Of a stretch of DNA of 64,000 nucleotides, positions 10,640 to 20,078 are shown piece by piece (positions within the stretch are counted from its first letter, which is position 1; every line of letters starts with the position of its first letter). The notes under the pieces are model-generated. The model did not search any database. It was not told the origin of the DNA and saw nothing but the letters and a program-made list of their open reading frames with translations. The position numbers and the translations under genes are program-made. The DNA comes from Ilumatobacteraceae bacterium (GTDB lineage: Bacteria > Actinomycetota > Acidimicrobiia > Acidimicrobiales > Ilumatobacteraceae), in contig CAVQBG010000024.1 in NCBI GenBank assembly GCA_963710625.1, positions 52,422 through 116,421 on the forward strand, given 5' to 3'.

Positions 10640-11727
10640 TGATCCCCTACGGTCGACAGTCGATCGACGACGAGGACGTTGCCGCCGTCGTCGAGGTGCT
10701 CCGTGGCGACTGGCTCACGCAGGGTCCGACGGTCGAGCGATTCGAACGTGCGCTCGCCGATCGAGTGGCCGCCCGCCACGCCGTGGCTTTCTCCTCCGGA
10801 ACCGCAGCGCTCCACGGTGCTGCTGCTGCGGCAGGATTCGGCGACGGCGACGTGGTGGTGACCTCACCGCTCACGTTCATGGCGACAGCGAACTGCGTCC
10901 GCTACGTGGGCGCCCAGCCGGGACTGGTCGACATCGACCCGGCGACGTGGAACCTCGACCTCTCCCAGGTGCCCAACGACATCGCAGGCGTGATCCCCGT
11001 CCACTACGGCGGGCTGCCGGTGGCGCTGGACCGTTGGCACCCGTCCAGCCGGACCGTCGTGATCGAGGACGCTGCGCACGCGCTGGGAGCCTCGACACCG
11101 TCCGGGCCGGTGGGCAGTTGTGGCGAGAGCGCCATGACCTGCTTCTCGCTGCACCCCGTCAAGCCGATCACCACCGGCGAGGGCGGGATCGTCACCACGA
11201 ACGACGACGAACTCGCCGACCGACTTCGCCGCTTCCGCACCCATGGGATCGTCCGCCGCCCCGACCTCGGGGGTTGGGCGTACGAGATCTCGGACATCGG
11301 ATACAACTACCGCCTCACCGACATCCAGGCAGCACTCGGTCTGTCGCAACTGCGCCGGCTCGACCGGTTCATCGACCGGCGAAACGAGATCGCCGAGCAC
11401 TACCGGGAGTTGCTGGCCGACCTCCCGATCGGGCTGCCGCCCGCCGCGCCGACCGGCTACCGGCACGGCTATCACCTCTTCGCGGTTCGCGTCCCGGATC
11501 GCCGGGAGGTCTACGACCGCCTGCGCGACGCAGGAATCGCAACCCAGGTCCACTACGTGCCGATCCATCACCATCCGGTGAGCGCGGACATCGAGCTGCC
11601 ACCCGGTGGCCTGCCGGCGTGCGACGCGTTGTACGAGGGGCTGCTCAGCCTGCCGATGTTCCCGACGCTCACCGATGACGATGTCCGCCACGTCGCCGAA
11701 CAGGTGCGAAGGAGCCTCGATGCCTGA
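10639..11727 (+). CDS. pseC: UDP-4-amino-4,6-dideoxy-N-acetyl-beta-L-altrosamine transaminase, PseC (DegT family)
   Basis: MIPYGRQSIDDEDVAAVVEVLRGDWLTQGPTVERFE. The ATG overlaps the pseB stop. Confidence 0.85.
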   Translation: MIPYGRQSIDDEDVAAVVEVLRGDWLTQGPTVERFERALADRVAARHAVAFSSGTAALHGAAAAAGFGDGDVVVTSPLTFMATANCVRYVGAQPGLVDIDPATWNLDLSQVPNDIAGVIPVHYGGLPVALDRWHPSSRTVVIEDAAHALGASTPSGPVGSCGESAMTCFSLHPVKPITTGEGGIVTTNDDELADRLRRFRTHGIVRRPDLGGWAYEISDIGYNYRLTDIQAALGLSQLRRLDRFIDRRNEIAEHYRELLADLPIGLPPAAPTGYRHGYHLFAVRVPDRREVYDRLRDAGIATQVHYVPIHHHPVSADIELPPGGLPACDALYEGLLSLPMFPTLTDDDVRHVAEQVRRSLDA

Positions 11728-13144
11728 GGGTCGTCATGTGGTCGTGTGCGCCGACGCCTCCCCGGATCTCGGCCTCGGTCACGTCATGCGCTCGCTCGTG
11801 CTCGCTCACGAGCTCACGGCGGCCGGGTGTGCCACCACGATCTGTGGAGTCGGGGTTCCCGCCGACCTGCTGGGGTCGACCGACCTGGTCACCCGGCGAG
11901 ACGCCGACGATGTCGACACGGTGATCGGACTGCGCCCCGACTTCGTCGTCGTGGACGGTGACCACTTCACCGCCGACTTCTTCGCCGCTCTCGATGCTCA
12001 CGGGATCGGGTACGCCGTCATCGACGACAACGGTGACACCGCTGCCGGCCGGCCGGTCGTGGTCGTCAACCAGAATCCCCATGCGAAACCGGCGATGTAC
12101 GACCACCTCGAGGGGAATCCTCTCCTGCTGTTGGGCGTGCGATTCGCGCTGCTCAGGCCCGAGATCGACGAGATCGCTCGGCAGGCACCGGCGCGTCGAG
12201 CGGGAACCGTCTTCGTGGCGTTCGGCGGCAGCGATCCCCGCCGACTGACCGAGCCCGTCGCAGTCCGACTGGCATCGGAGGGGCTCACCGTCCGGGTCGC
12301 CGTCGGCCCCGTGCACCCGGAGCGAGCAGAACTCGTCTCCAGGTTCGACGGAGAAGCAGGTGTCACGGTCACCGAACCCGAGGACTACGCCACCGAGCTC
12401 GCCACCGCGAGCGTGGCGGTGCTCGCTGCCGGCTCGAGCCTGCTGGAAGCGGCAGCCCTCGACACGCCGGCCGTCGCCGTGATCGTGTCCGAGAACCAAC
12501 GACGACTGGCGGCCGCTTCTCTCGACCAGGGCGTGGTGTTCAGGGTGTTCGACGCCGACGAGGAGTTCCTCCGCGAACTGGGCACCGACGTGGCCACCGC
12601 GCTCGGCTCGACGCTCCGCCCCGATCGGCTGCGCGTGCCCGGTTCCGGCGCCCGACTCGTTGCTGCATCAGTCACAGATCGGATGTCGTCGCCCGTACGG
12701 CTCCGGCCGGCGTCGATCGACGATGCTGCCTTCGTGTTCTCACTTCGGACCGATGCCGACGTCCAGCAACAGTCGTTCGGAGCTGCACCGACCTGGGAGC
12801 AACACCTCGAATGGTTCCGGGCGACCATCGACGATCCTCGTCGTCGACTGATGATCGTCGAGCGCGCATCGGACCCGATCGGACAGATCCGGCTCGACGA
12901 CGTCGGCGACCACGAGGTCGTGTCACTGGCAATCGCTGAACCGGCGCGGGGACGAGGCCTCGGGCGACGCGCACTCGGCGCAGCGACTGCGCTCGCCGTC
13001 GGTGACCTCGTCGCCCACATCCGGCCGGACAATGCACGATCGCTCGCGGCGTTCTCGAGTGCCGGGTTCGTCGTGGAGTCGGAGAACGCTGACGAGGTCG
13101 TGATGCGCCGATCCTGCGGCCCGAGAACGGAGACGGCGCCGTGA
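11720..13144 (+). CDS. pseGH: Fused PseG (UDP-sugar hydrolase) and PseH (GNAT N-acetyltransferase)
   Basis: N-terminus VVVCADASPDLGLGHVMRSLVLAHEL (PseG-type). C-terminus is GNAT: RLRPASIDDAAFVFSLR...ARGRGLGRRAL. Confidence 0.8.
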   Translation: MPEGRHVVVCADASPDLGLGHVMRSLVLAHELTAAGCATTICGVGVPADLLGSTDLVTRRDADDVDTVIGLRPDFVVVDGDHFTADFFAALDAHGIGYAVIDDNGDTAAGRPVVVVNQNPHAKPAMYDHLEGNPLLLLGVRFALLRPEIDEIARQAPARRAGTVFVAFGGSDPRRLTEPVAVRLASEGLTVRVAVGPVHPERAELVSRFDGEAGVTVTEPEDYATELATASVAVLAAGSSLLEAAALDTPAVAVIVSENQRRLAAASLDQGVVFRVFDADEEFLRELGTDVATALGSTLRPDRLRVPGSGARLVAASVTDRMSSPVRLRPASIDDAAFVFSLRTDADVQQQSFGAAPTWEQHLEWFRATIDDPRRRLMIVERASDPIGQIRLDDVGDHEVVSLAIAEPARGRGLGRRALGAATALAVGDLVAHIRPDNARSLAAFSSAGFVVESENADEVVMRRSCGPRTETAP

Positions 13145-14199
13145 CCTCGATGCACATCGCCGGCCGCGCGATCGGCGTCGACGAACCTCCCTACGTGATC
13201 GCCGAGATCTCGGCGAATCACCGCGGCTCACTCACAGCAGCCATCGAGTTGGTGCACGCCGCTGCAGAAGCGGGCGCTGACGCCGTCAAGCTCCAGCACT
13301 ACACAGCCGACACGATCACCGTTCGCTCAGATCATCCCGATTTCCTCGTCACCGGTGGGACGTTGTGGGATGGCCGTCAACTCGCCGACCTCTACACCGA
13401 GGCGATGACGCCGTGGGAGTGGACCGACGATCTTGCAGTCGCTGCGACGAACGCCGGCATCACCTGGTTCTCGACACCGTTCGACCGCACTGCCGCCGAC
13501 TTCCTCGCGCGTCACGACGTCCCTGCGTTCAAGATCGCCTCGTTCGAGATCGTCGACCTGCCCTTGATCCGGTACGTGGCGGGACTCGGCAAGCCGGTGA
13601 TCATCTCGACCGGCATGGCGTCGTTGGAGGAGATCGACGCAGCGGTCGGCGCAGCGGCGAACACCGAGACGGCGGTCCTGCGCTGCAACTCGGGCTATCC
13701 CGCGCTCCCGGCCGAGATGGACCTGCGAGCGATCCCGGTGATGCGCGATCGCTGGAAGCTCCCGATCGGCCTGTCCGATCACACACTCGGCTCCACGTCG
13801 GCGATCGCGGCGGTCACGCTCGGCGCGTGCATCGTCGAGAAACATCTCACGCTCCGACGATCCGACGGAGGTCCGGATGCGGAGTTCTCGGCGGAACCGC
13901 AGGAGTTCGCTGCGCTCGTGTCGTCGCTGCGCGAGGCCCACGCCGCCCTCGGAGAGGCTCGATTCGGTCCATCCGAGCGCGAGGTCGCGAACCTGGCGTT
14001 CCGCCGGTCGCTGCGGGCCGCCCGGCCGATCGCGGCCGGGACGGCCCTGACGCCCGATGACGTCCGGTCGATGCGTCCCGCCGGCGGACTCGCCCCGGAC
14101 GATCTCGATCTCGTGATCGGTTCGGTGGCATCGACCGACCTGGTCGTCGGCGACCCGATCACGTGGGACGATCTCGTGCCGTTCGAGGGGGAACGATGA
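13141..14199 (+). CDS. pseI: Pseudaminic acid synthase (NeuB family), PseI
   Basis: PPYVIAEISANHRGSL...KLQHYTADT...FKIASFEIVDLPLI, plus a C-terminal SAF-like region. Confidence 0.85.
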   Translation: MTSMHIAGRAIGVDEPPYVIAEISANHRGSLTAAIELVHAAAEAGADAVKLQHYTADTITVRSDHPDFLVTGGTLWDGRQLADLYTEAMTPWEWTDDLAVAATNAGITWFSTPFDRTAADFLARHDVPAFKIASFEIVDLPLIRYVAGLGKPVIISTGMASLEEIDAAVGAAANTETAVLRCNSGYPALPAEMDLRAIPVMRDRWKLPIGLSDHTLGSTSAIAAVTLGACIVEKHLTLRRSDGGPDAEFSAEPQEFAALVSSLREAHAALGEARFGPSEREVANLAFRRSLRAARPIAAGTALTPDDVRSMRPAGGLAPDDLDLVIGSVASTDLVVGDPITWDDLVPFEGER

Positions 14200-15503
14200 C
14201 ATCGCTGTGTGTGATCCCGGCCCGGGGCGGGAGCCAGCGGATTCCGCGCAAGAACATCCGGCCGTTCGCCGGTGTCCCGATCCTCGCCAGAACCATCGAC
14301 ATCGTGATCGAGTCCGGTGTCGCCGACCGCATCGTCGTGTCGACCGATGACGAGGAGATCGCCGAGATCGCACGAGCGGCCGGCGCCGAGGTGCCGTTCC
14401 TCCGCGCCGCCGACCTCGCCGGCGACGATGTCCCGACGATCCCGGTGGTCGCCGACACGCTCGCCAGGCTGTTCGACGACGAGCGCGGTGGCGTCGACAC
14501 GACATGGGTCGTGTACCCGACCGCCGTGCTGATCGAACCCGGGGACCTGGTTCGCGCCCACGACGACTTCGTCGCATCGGGCGCGGCGGTGGCCATGTCG
14601 GTCGTCGAGTCGCCCGGACCGATCGAGCGCGCCTGGCGACGGACCGTTCGCGGTCGTGGGCGGATGTGGTCGCCCGATCACGTCGAGACACGGACCCAGG
14701 ATCTCGAGCCGGCCTTCTTCGACGCTGGGCAGTTCTATGTCGCCGGCACCGACTTCTGGCTCAGCGGAGCGACGCTCGCCGACGCCGATCCACTGCTGGT
14801 GTCGTTGCCCCGCGAGCGCGCGATCGACATCGACACGATCGACGACTGGCGTTTCGCGGAGTCGGTCTTCGCCGGCAGGGCCGCTCGCAGCGAAGCCGAC
14901 CGCCTCGAAGCACTCTGGTCGGGCGAGTTCGGCGACCGCTACGTCGACCGCAATCGTGACGCCGGCGATCCGCGCGAGCCGTTCTGGACCCACATCGTCG
15001 AACTGACCGATCCGAGTTCGGTCCTCGAAGTCGGCTGCAGCACCGGCAACAACCTGCGATGGCTCGACGACGGGTCTCGACACGTCGTCGGCGTCGATGT
15101 CAACCGCGGCGCGCTCGACGAACTCGCCGAGCGACTTCCGCGGGTCGAATCCCACCTCGCGTCTGCTCGGAGACTCCCGTTCGACGACCAACGATTCGAT
15201 CTGGTGTTCACGGCCGGCGTGCTCATCCATCAGCCCGACGAGTCGCTCGACGAGGTGCTGACAGAGATGCGACGGTGTTCGCGGCGGTGGATCATGATGG
15301 CCGAGTACTTCGCGCCGTCTCGCGAGGAGATCCACTATCGGGGGATCGAAGGAGCGCTGTTCCGGCGCGATTACGGCGCCCTGATCGCCGAACTCCACGG
15401 CGACCTCACCCTGCGCCAGTCGGGCTTCCTGGGCCGCGACGAAGGGTGGGACGACGTCACCTGGTGGTTGTTCGAACGGCAGCACCCGCAACGCGACGAG
15501 TGA
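14196..15503 (+). CDS. pseF: Pseudaminic acid cytidylyltransferase PseF fused to a Pse-associated SAM methyltransferase domain
   Basis: N-terminus CVIPARGGSQRIPRKNIRPFAGVPIL. C-terminus LWSGEFGDRYVDRN...VLEVGCSTGNNLRWL...FDLVFTAGVLIHQ. ATGA overlap with pseI. Confidence 0.8.
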   Translation: MTSLCVIPARGGSQRIPRKNIRPFAGVPILARTIDIVIESGVADRIVVSTDDEEIAEIARAAGAEVPFLRAADLAGDDVPTIPVVADTLARLFDDERGGVDTTWVVYPTAVLIEPGDLVRAHDDFVASGAAVAMSVVESPGPIERAWRRTVRGRGRMWSPDHVETRTQDLEPAFFDAGQFYVAGTDFWLSGATLADADPLLVSLPRERAIDIDTIDDWRFAESVFAGRAARSEADRLEALWSGEFGDRYVDRNRDAGDPREPFWTHIVELTDPSSVLEVGCSTGNNLRWLDDGSRHVVGVDVNRGALDELAERLPRVESHLASARRLPFDDQRFDLVFTAGVLIHQPDESLDEVLTEMRRCSRRWIMMAEYFAPSREEIHYRGIEGALFRRDYGALIAELHGDLTLRQSGFLGRDEGWDDVTWWLFERQHPQRDE

Positions 15504-15529
15504 CCTCGATGCGAGTGGCATCGGAGACG

Positions 15530-16489
15530 TCAACCGTCAGCCGCCTCCAACACGTCACGAAGCTGTTGCGAGTCGAGCAGATCGACGTAGTCGACACTCT
15601 GGAGGGCCCCGCCGAGATAGAACGCAACCGACGACGAGTGGTGATAGACGGTGAGGTGATCACTGATCTCCGCCAGGACGCCGACGAAGACCTCGGCCGG
15701 TATCCACGAGCCCGGCAGGCTCACCACGCCGTCGCGATCGACCGGGGCACCGTCGTGTGGGTGGGGCTTGTGGAACACGACGTCGGCGCCGGCCTGTGCC
15801 TCGTCGAGCACGTGGTCGGGAGTGCGTCCCCACATCGCCAGGACCAGCGCGACGCGGCCCAGTCGTTGCGTCGGCTCACCGAGCTGCCTCATGACGAGCT
15901 GGTGCCAGGTGTCGGCTCCGAAACGCAGTTCGTCGACGAGTCCGGGGAAACCGACCGCCTTGTGCGCAGTACGGGGGTTGAGCCGACGGTAGACGTCCGG
16001 CCGGCTGACCATGACGAGGTCGGTCTTGCGGCCCTCGCCGAACTCCCATCCGCAGCCTGTCGTGACGACCAGAACCTTCCACTTCAGCTTCCGCATCCCG
16101 CGTAGCGACATCTCGGGATTGCTCCGATAGGTGCCGATCCCCTCCTCGAAGAGCACCAGCCGTTCCGTCCGAAGGGGGGCGAAGAGCCGGTATCGGCCAA
16201 CGCGATCGTCCTCGATGAACAGCGTGTCGTACCGGTTGCGAGTGAACTCCTCGATCGCCGCGTCGTCGTCGAGGTTCCACGACACCGACGAGAAGAGCCG
16301 ACCAGAGCCGCTGGAGGACATGAACTGGGCGAACTCGTCGACACCGTCGATCGAGGACGTCAGGACGTGCAACCGGCTCTCGACGATTCCGAAGTGTCGG
16401 ACGATCGACGCACAGTTCAACACCTGGAGCGGCTTGCTGCACACGAACACCGACCGTCCGAAGTCGATGCCGGCAGCCCGATCAGCCAT
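15530..16489 (-). CDS. Hypothetical protein, GT52 (sialyltransferase-like)-related; candidate pseudaminyltransferase
   Basis: N-terminal VFVCSKPLQVLNCASIV resembles the GT52 'C-TPLQ-L' start motif (from memory). Sits within the pse locus. Start chosen at the internal ATG (MADRAAG). Confidence 0.5.
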   Translation of the reverse strand: MADRAAGIDFGRSVFVCSKPLQVLNCASIVRHFGIVESRLHVLTSSIDGVDEFAQFMSSSGSGRLFSSVSWNLDDDAAIEEFTRNRYDTLFIEDDRVGRYRLFAPLRTERLVLFEEGIGTYRSNPEMSLRGMRKLKWKVLVVTTGCGWEFGEGRKTDLVMVSRPDVYRRLNPRTAHKAVGFPGLVDELRFGADTWHQLVMRQLGEPTQRLGRVALVLAMWGRTPDHVLDEAQAGADVVFHKPHPHDGAPVDRDGVVSLPGSWIPAEVFVGVLAEISDHLTVYHHSSSVAFYLGGALQSVDYVDLLDSQQLRDVLEAADG

Positions 16490-16557
16490 CGGCACCCACG
16501 CCGAACGAGCTTGTCGATGTCTGCTGCACCAGGCGTCACACTGTAGGTTCTCGCACC

Positions 16558-18249
16558 GTGGGTTGGCACGTGGCACACCAGCTGCGGCCGTTCCTGCGAC
16601 GCCCGCGGCTCGACCTGTTGCTCATCGCCGGCGTGTCCGCGGTCGCCGGGCTGTTCGAGGCTGCTGTCCTCATCCTGGTGGTCAACGCTGCGGTCGCGAT
16701 CGCTGATGGCACGTCGGCGTCGCCGATCGACCTCCCGATCATCGACGTCGACGCGTCGATCGGCCAGGTGCTGTGGTGCGCTGCAGGGCTGACGATCGCC
16801 GTCGCGTTGGCGAACACGTTCGTGTCCTGGTTGGCAGCCCGTGTGGGTACGGAGGTGTTGGACACGTCCAGGCACCGCACCATCGAGGCGTTCCTCGGGG
16901 CGTCCTGGAACAGACAGTCCGCAGAGCGCCAGGGCGCAATCCAGGAGACGGCGACGACACTGGCGTTCCAGTCGTCATCGCTCACGATGACCATGATCGC
17001 CGGTTTGTCGGCCGGGCTCGCGCTGGCGGCCCTGTTCCTCGCCGCGGTCTTCATCGACCCGATCGTCACCGTCATCGTGCTGGTGTTCGGCGTCGCACTG
17101 TTCGCCGTCTTCCGGCCGGTCAGCCGACTCACGCGCCGTTACTCGAGCGTGTACGTCGAGGCGAACAGCGGCTACACCGAGGACGTGGCGCGGATGGCTG
17201 CCATGTCGATGGAGCTGCGAGTGTTCGGCGTCGAGTCGCAGATCCTCGCAGCGCTCGACCGCTCGGCCGCCACGGTGAACGAGAGCCTCCGTCGCACTCG
17301 ATTCGTTGCCCGCCTCGGCACGACGTTGTATCGAGACGTCGCAGTGCTGTTCCTCGTCGCTGCGGTGGCGGCGCTGAATCTCGCGGGTGCCGACCGAATC
17401 GTCGAGGTCGGTGCCGTGGCGTTGCTGATCGTGCGCAGCTTGGGTTACGCGACGCTCGTGCAGTCCGCAGCCCAGCAGGTCAGCGAGCTGTCACCCAACC
17501 TCGCAACCCTCCAGAGGCGCCTCGAACGGCTGGAGTCGAGTCGGGAACAGGTCGGTTCGAACGCGGTCTCGTCCTTCGAGAAGATCGAACTCGTCGGCGT
17601 CAGTTACTCCTACGACGACCGGACTCCGGCGATCCGGGATGTCGACCTGTCGATCCGTCGCGGCGAGGTGCTCGGCGTCATCGGACCATCCGGCAGCGGC
17701 AAGTCGACCCTCCTGCAGATCCTGCTGCGGCTTCGGATCCCGGATGCAGGAGCGGTCCTGGTCGACGGCGTCGACTACGAGACGATCGACCCGACGTCGT
17801 GGTCGCATCTCGTGGCGGTCGTGCCCCAGGAACCCCAATTGATCGAGGCGTCGATCTCCGACAACATCGCGTTCCTCCGGCCGAGCGTGACGCGCGACCG
17901 GGCCGAACGAGCAGCCGAAGCCGCGCACGTCGCCGCCGACGTGCGCGAACTGCCCAACGGCTTCGACACGCTGCTCGGGCCACGCGGAACGGGCCTGTCC
18001 GGGGGACAGAAGCAACGTGTTGCGTTCGCTCGGGCGCTGGCTGGCGATCCGCAGCTGTTGATCCTCGACGAGCCGACCAGCGCACTCGACGGCGAGTCCG
18101 AACGCCGCATTCGCGACACGATCACCGAACTCAAAGGCCACGTCACGCTCGTGATCGTGGCACACCGTTTGTCGACGCTCGACGTGTGCGACCGCGTGAT
18201 CTCGATCGAGACCGGCCGGGTCGAGCCCACCGTCCCCCCAGCTGGCTGA
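16558..18249 (+). CDS. ABC exporter, fused permease/ATPase (MsbA-like)
   Basis: Six N-terminal TM helices. GPSGSGKSTLLQ (Walker A), LSGGQKQRVAFARAL (signature), LLILDEPTSALD (Walker B). Confidence 0.9.
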   Translation: MGWHVAHQLRPFLRRPRLDLLLIAGVSAVAGLFEAAVLILVVNAAVAIADGTSASPIDLPIIDVDASIGQVLWCAAGLTIAVALANTFVSWLAARVGTEVLDTSRHRTIEAFLGASWNRQSAERQGAIQETATTLAFQSSSLTMTMIAGLSAGLALAALFLAAVFIDPIVTVIVLVFGVALFAVFRPVSRLTRRYSSVYVEANSGYTEDVARMAAMSMELRVFGVESQILAALDRSAATVNESLRRTRFVARLGTTLYRDVAVLFLVAAVAALNLAGADRIVEVGAVALLIVRSLGYATLVQSAAQQVSELSPNLATLQRRLERLESSREQVGSNAVSSFEKIELVGVSYSYDDRTPAIRDVDLSIRRGEVLGVIGPSGSGKSTLLQILLRLRIPDAGAVLVDGVDYETIDPTSWSHLVAVVPQEPQLIEASISDNIAFLRPSVTRDRAERAAEAAHVAADVRELPNGFDTLLGPRGTGLSGGQKQRVAFARALAGDPQLLILDEPTSALDGESERRIRDTITELKGHVTLVIVAHRLSTLDVCDRVISIETGRVEPTVPPAG

Positions 18250-18485
18250 TCCTACGATCCTCGACGAGAGGCAATGCCGACGAGGATGTCGGCGGCGACG
18301 TTCGGACCCCATCCGGCGGCGATGATGGTCGGCGACGTGGCCGACCGGTCCGCGCCGACCGCGGCGTCTGATGAGACCGGCCAGAAGACCTGTTGGTACG
18401 TTTCGTCGATTCACCGGTCGCCTTGCGGTCGGCCGGCCACCTCGTGCCCGGCTGACGCAGTGCAACCCATCTGAAGGGGGTTGAT

Positions 18486-19928
18486 GTGGTTCCAAGTTCC
18501 CTGCGTCGCGTCGTCACCGTGGCCACCGTGGTGGCGCTGAGTGCGTCCGCACTCCTTGCCGGCACGACACAAGCCGCTCCTGATCCAACCGTCGCCACCG
18601 CCCCATCGGTCGCCGGCCCCATTCCGCTGACCACTGCGCTCGGAGATCCTGCACGCGGCTACCCGTTCATGGCGACGCCCATCGATCTCGCCGCACGCGG
18701 CTACGTCGAGGAGGAGTACTTCATCTCGGGGACCGAGGCGTGCCGTTACGGGATCGTGGGTCAGGCAACAGCCACGGTGATCGCATGCGATGGCACGTAC
18801 ACCACTCGGATCATGGTCCGGCGGCCGACGACTGCTGCCACGTTCAACGGAACCGTCCTGCTCGAATGGCAGAACGTCACGGCGCAATACGACGTCGACC
18901 ACTACTGGCTCGAATCGTCCGACCACATCATGCGCTCCGGCTACGCCTGGGTGGGCGTCTCGGCACAGCGAGCCGGCGTCACGGCGACGTTCCCGTGCAT
19001 TCCAGCTGCTCAGGTCTTTGCCGGATGTAATGCACTGAAGACCTGGAGCCCGGCTCGATACGCACCGCTCGACATCCCGGCGACCTCGCCGGGTGACGCG
19101 TACTCGTACGACATCTTCTCGCAGGCCGCTGCGGCACTTCGATCACCGAACGCGGACGGCCCCGATCCACTCGGGGCACTCGACCCCGAGGTCGTGGTCG
19201 CGATCGGCACCTCACAATCGGCAGGCCGACTGGCGGCGTACTACAACTCGATCCTGCCGTTGCAGGCCGATCCTGTCGTCGACGCCGTGTTCCTCGGCGA
19301 GGGTCGCTCTCCGGTGCGCACCGACCTGCCGATGCCGGTGCTCAGGCTGCTGTCCGAAGTCGACGTCGCCGCGACGTTCGCTCCGCCGGACGCCGACAAC
19401 TACCGACAGTGGGAGGTGGCGGGGGCATCTCATGCCGACTTCGGATTCACGTCGAAGATCCAGGAGTTCATCGAGCGAGGCGACATCCTCCAGACGTCGC
19501 CCGTCTGCAATCGCCCTGCACCGAGCCAGATCCCGAAGCGCTACGTCTACAACGCCGCGTGGGACCGGATGGTCGATTGGGTCACCGACGGCGTCGCACC
19601 GCCGATCGCGCCCCGTATCACCTACGTCGACGGTGCCATCGCACGCGACGCTCAGGGCAACGCCCTCGGCGGCATCGCCTTGTCCGAGCACTCGGTCGCC
19701 ACGGCCTACAACGGCACGGGGAACGGAGGCGGCACGTTCTGCAACCTCTTCGGGGTGCACGAACCGTTCAGCAGCGCCCAGCTGAAGGGCCTGTACCGGA
19801 ACCAGGGTGCGTATGTCTCGGCCGTCGCGAAGGCGAACAATGCGAATCGGGCGGCGGGTTTCCTGCTGCCGGCCGACTCGGCGGAGTCCACCTCCAACGC
19901 GGCACAGAGCAAGGTCACCAAGAACTGA
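18486..19928 (+). CDS. Secreted protein, alpha/beta-hydrolase-like domain
   Basis: Signal peptide VVALSASALLAGTTQAAP, GTSQSAG elbow-like motif, AAGGGGG RBS upstream of the GTG. Confidence 0.6.
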   Translation: MVPSSLRRVVTVATVVALSASALLAGTTQAAPDPTVATAPSVAGPIPLTTALGDPARGYPFMATPIDLAARGYVEEEYFISGTEACRYGIVGQATATVIACDGTYTTRIMVRRPTTAATFNGTVLLEWQNVTAQYDVDHYWLESSDHIMRSGYAWVGVSAQRAGVTATFPCIPAAQVFAGCNALKTWSPARYAPLDIPATSPGDAYSYDIFSQAAAALRSPNADGPDPLGALDPEVVVAIGTSQSAGRLAAYYNSILPLQADPVVDAVFLGEGRSPVRTDLPMPVLRLLSEVDVAATFAPPDADNYRQWEVAGASHADFGFTSKIQEFIERGDILQTSPVCNRPAPSQIPKRYVYNAAWDRMVDWVTDGVAPPIAPRITYVDGAIARDAQGNALGGIALSEHSVATAYNGTGNGGGTFCNLFGVHEPFSSAQLKGLYRNQGAYVSAVAKANNANRAAGFLLPADSAESTSNAAQSKVTKN

Positions 19929-20078
19929 CGCTCCGTACGCAGATGCAGCGCTCGGCAACCACCGGGCGCTGCACCCGACACGGCCTGGATATGCGCAACG
20001 GCTCCGGCTCCCGTCGCCGTGGTCATGGAGTGATCCATCCCGAACACGCCGAACAGCGGGCCCGGTAAGGTCCGATCG

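Noticed and set aside
18329-18348. Hairpin GGTCGGC-GACGTG-GCCGACC downstream of the ABC transporter, with the same 7-bp stem sequence as in the 57852-58028 leader.
   Set aside because: A 7-bp GC stem recurring twice in GC-rich DNA is plausibly chance. It is likely a simple terminator.
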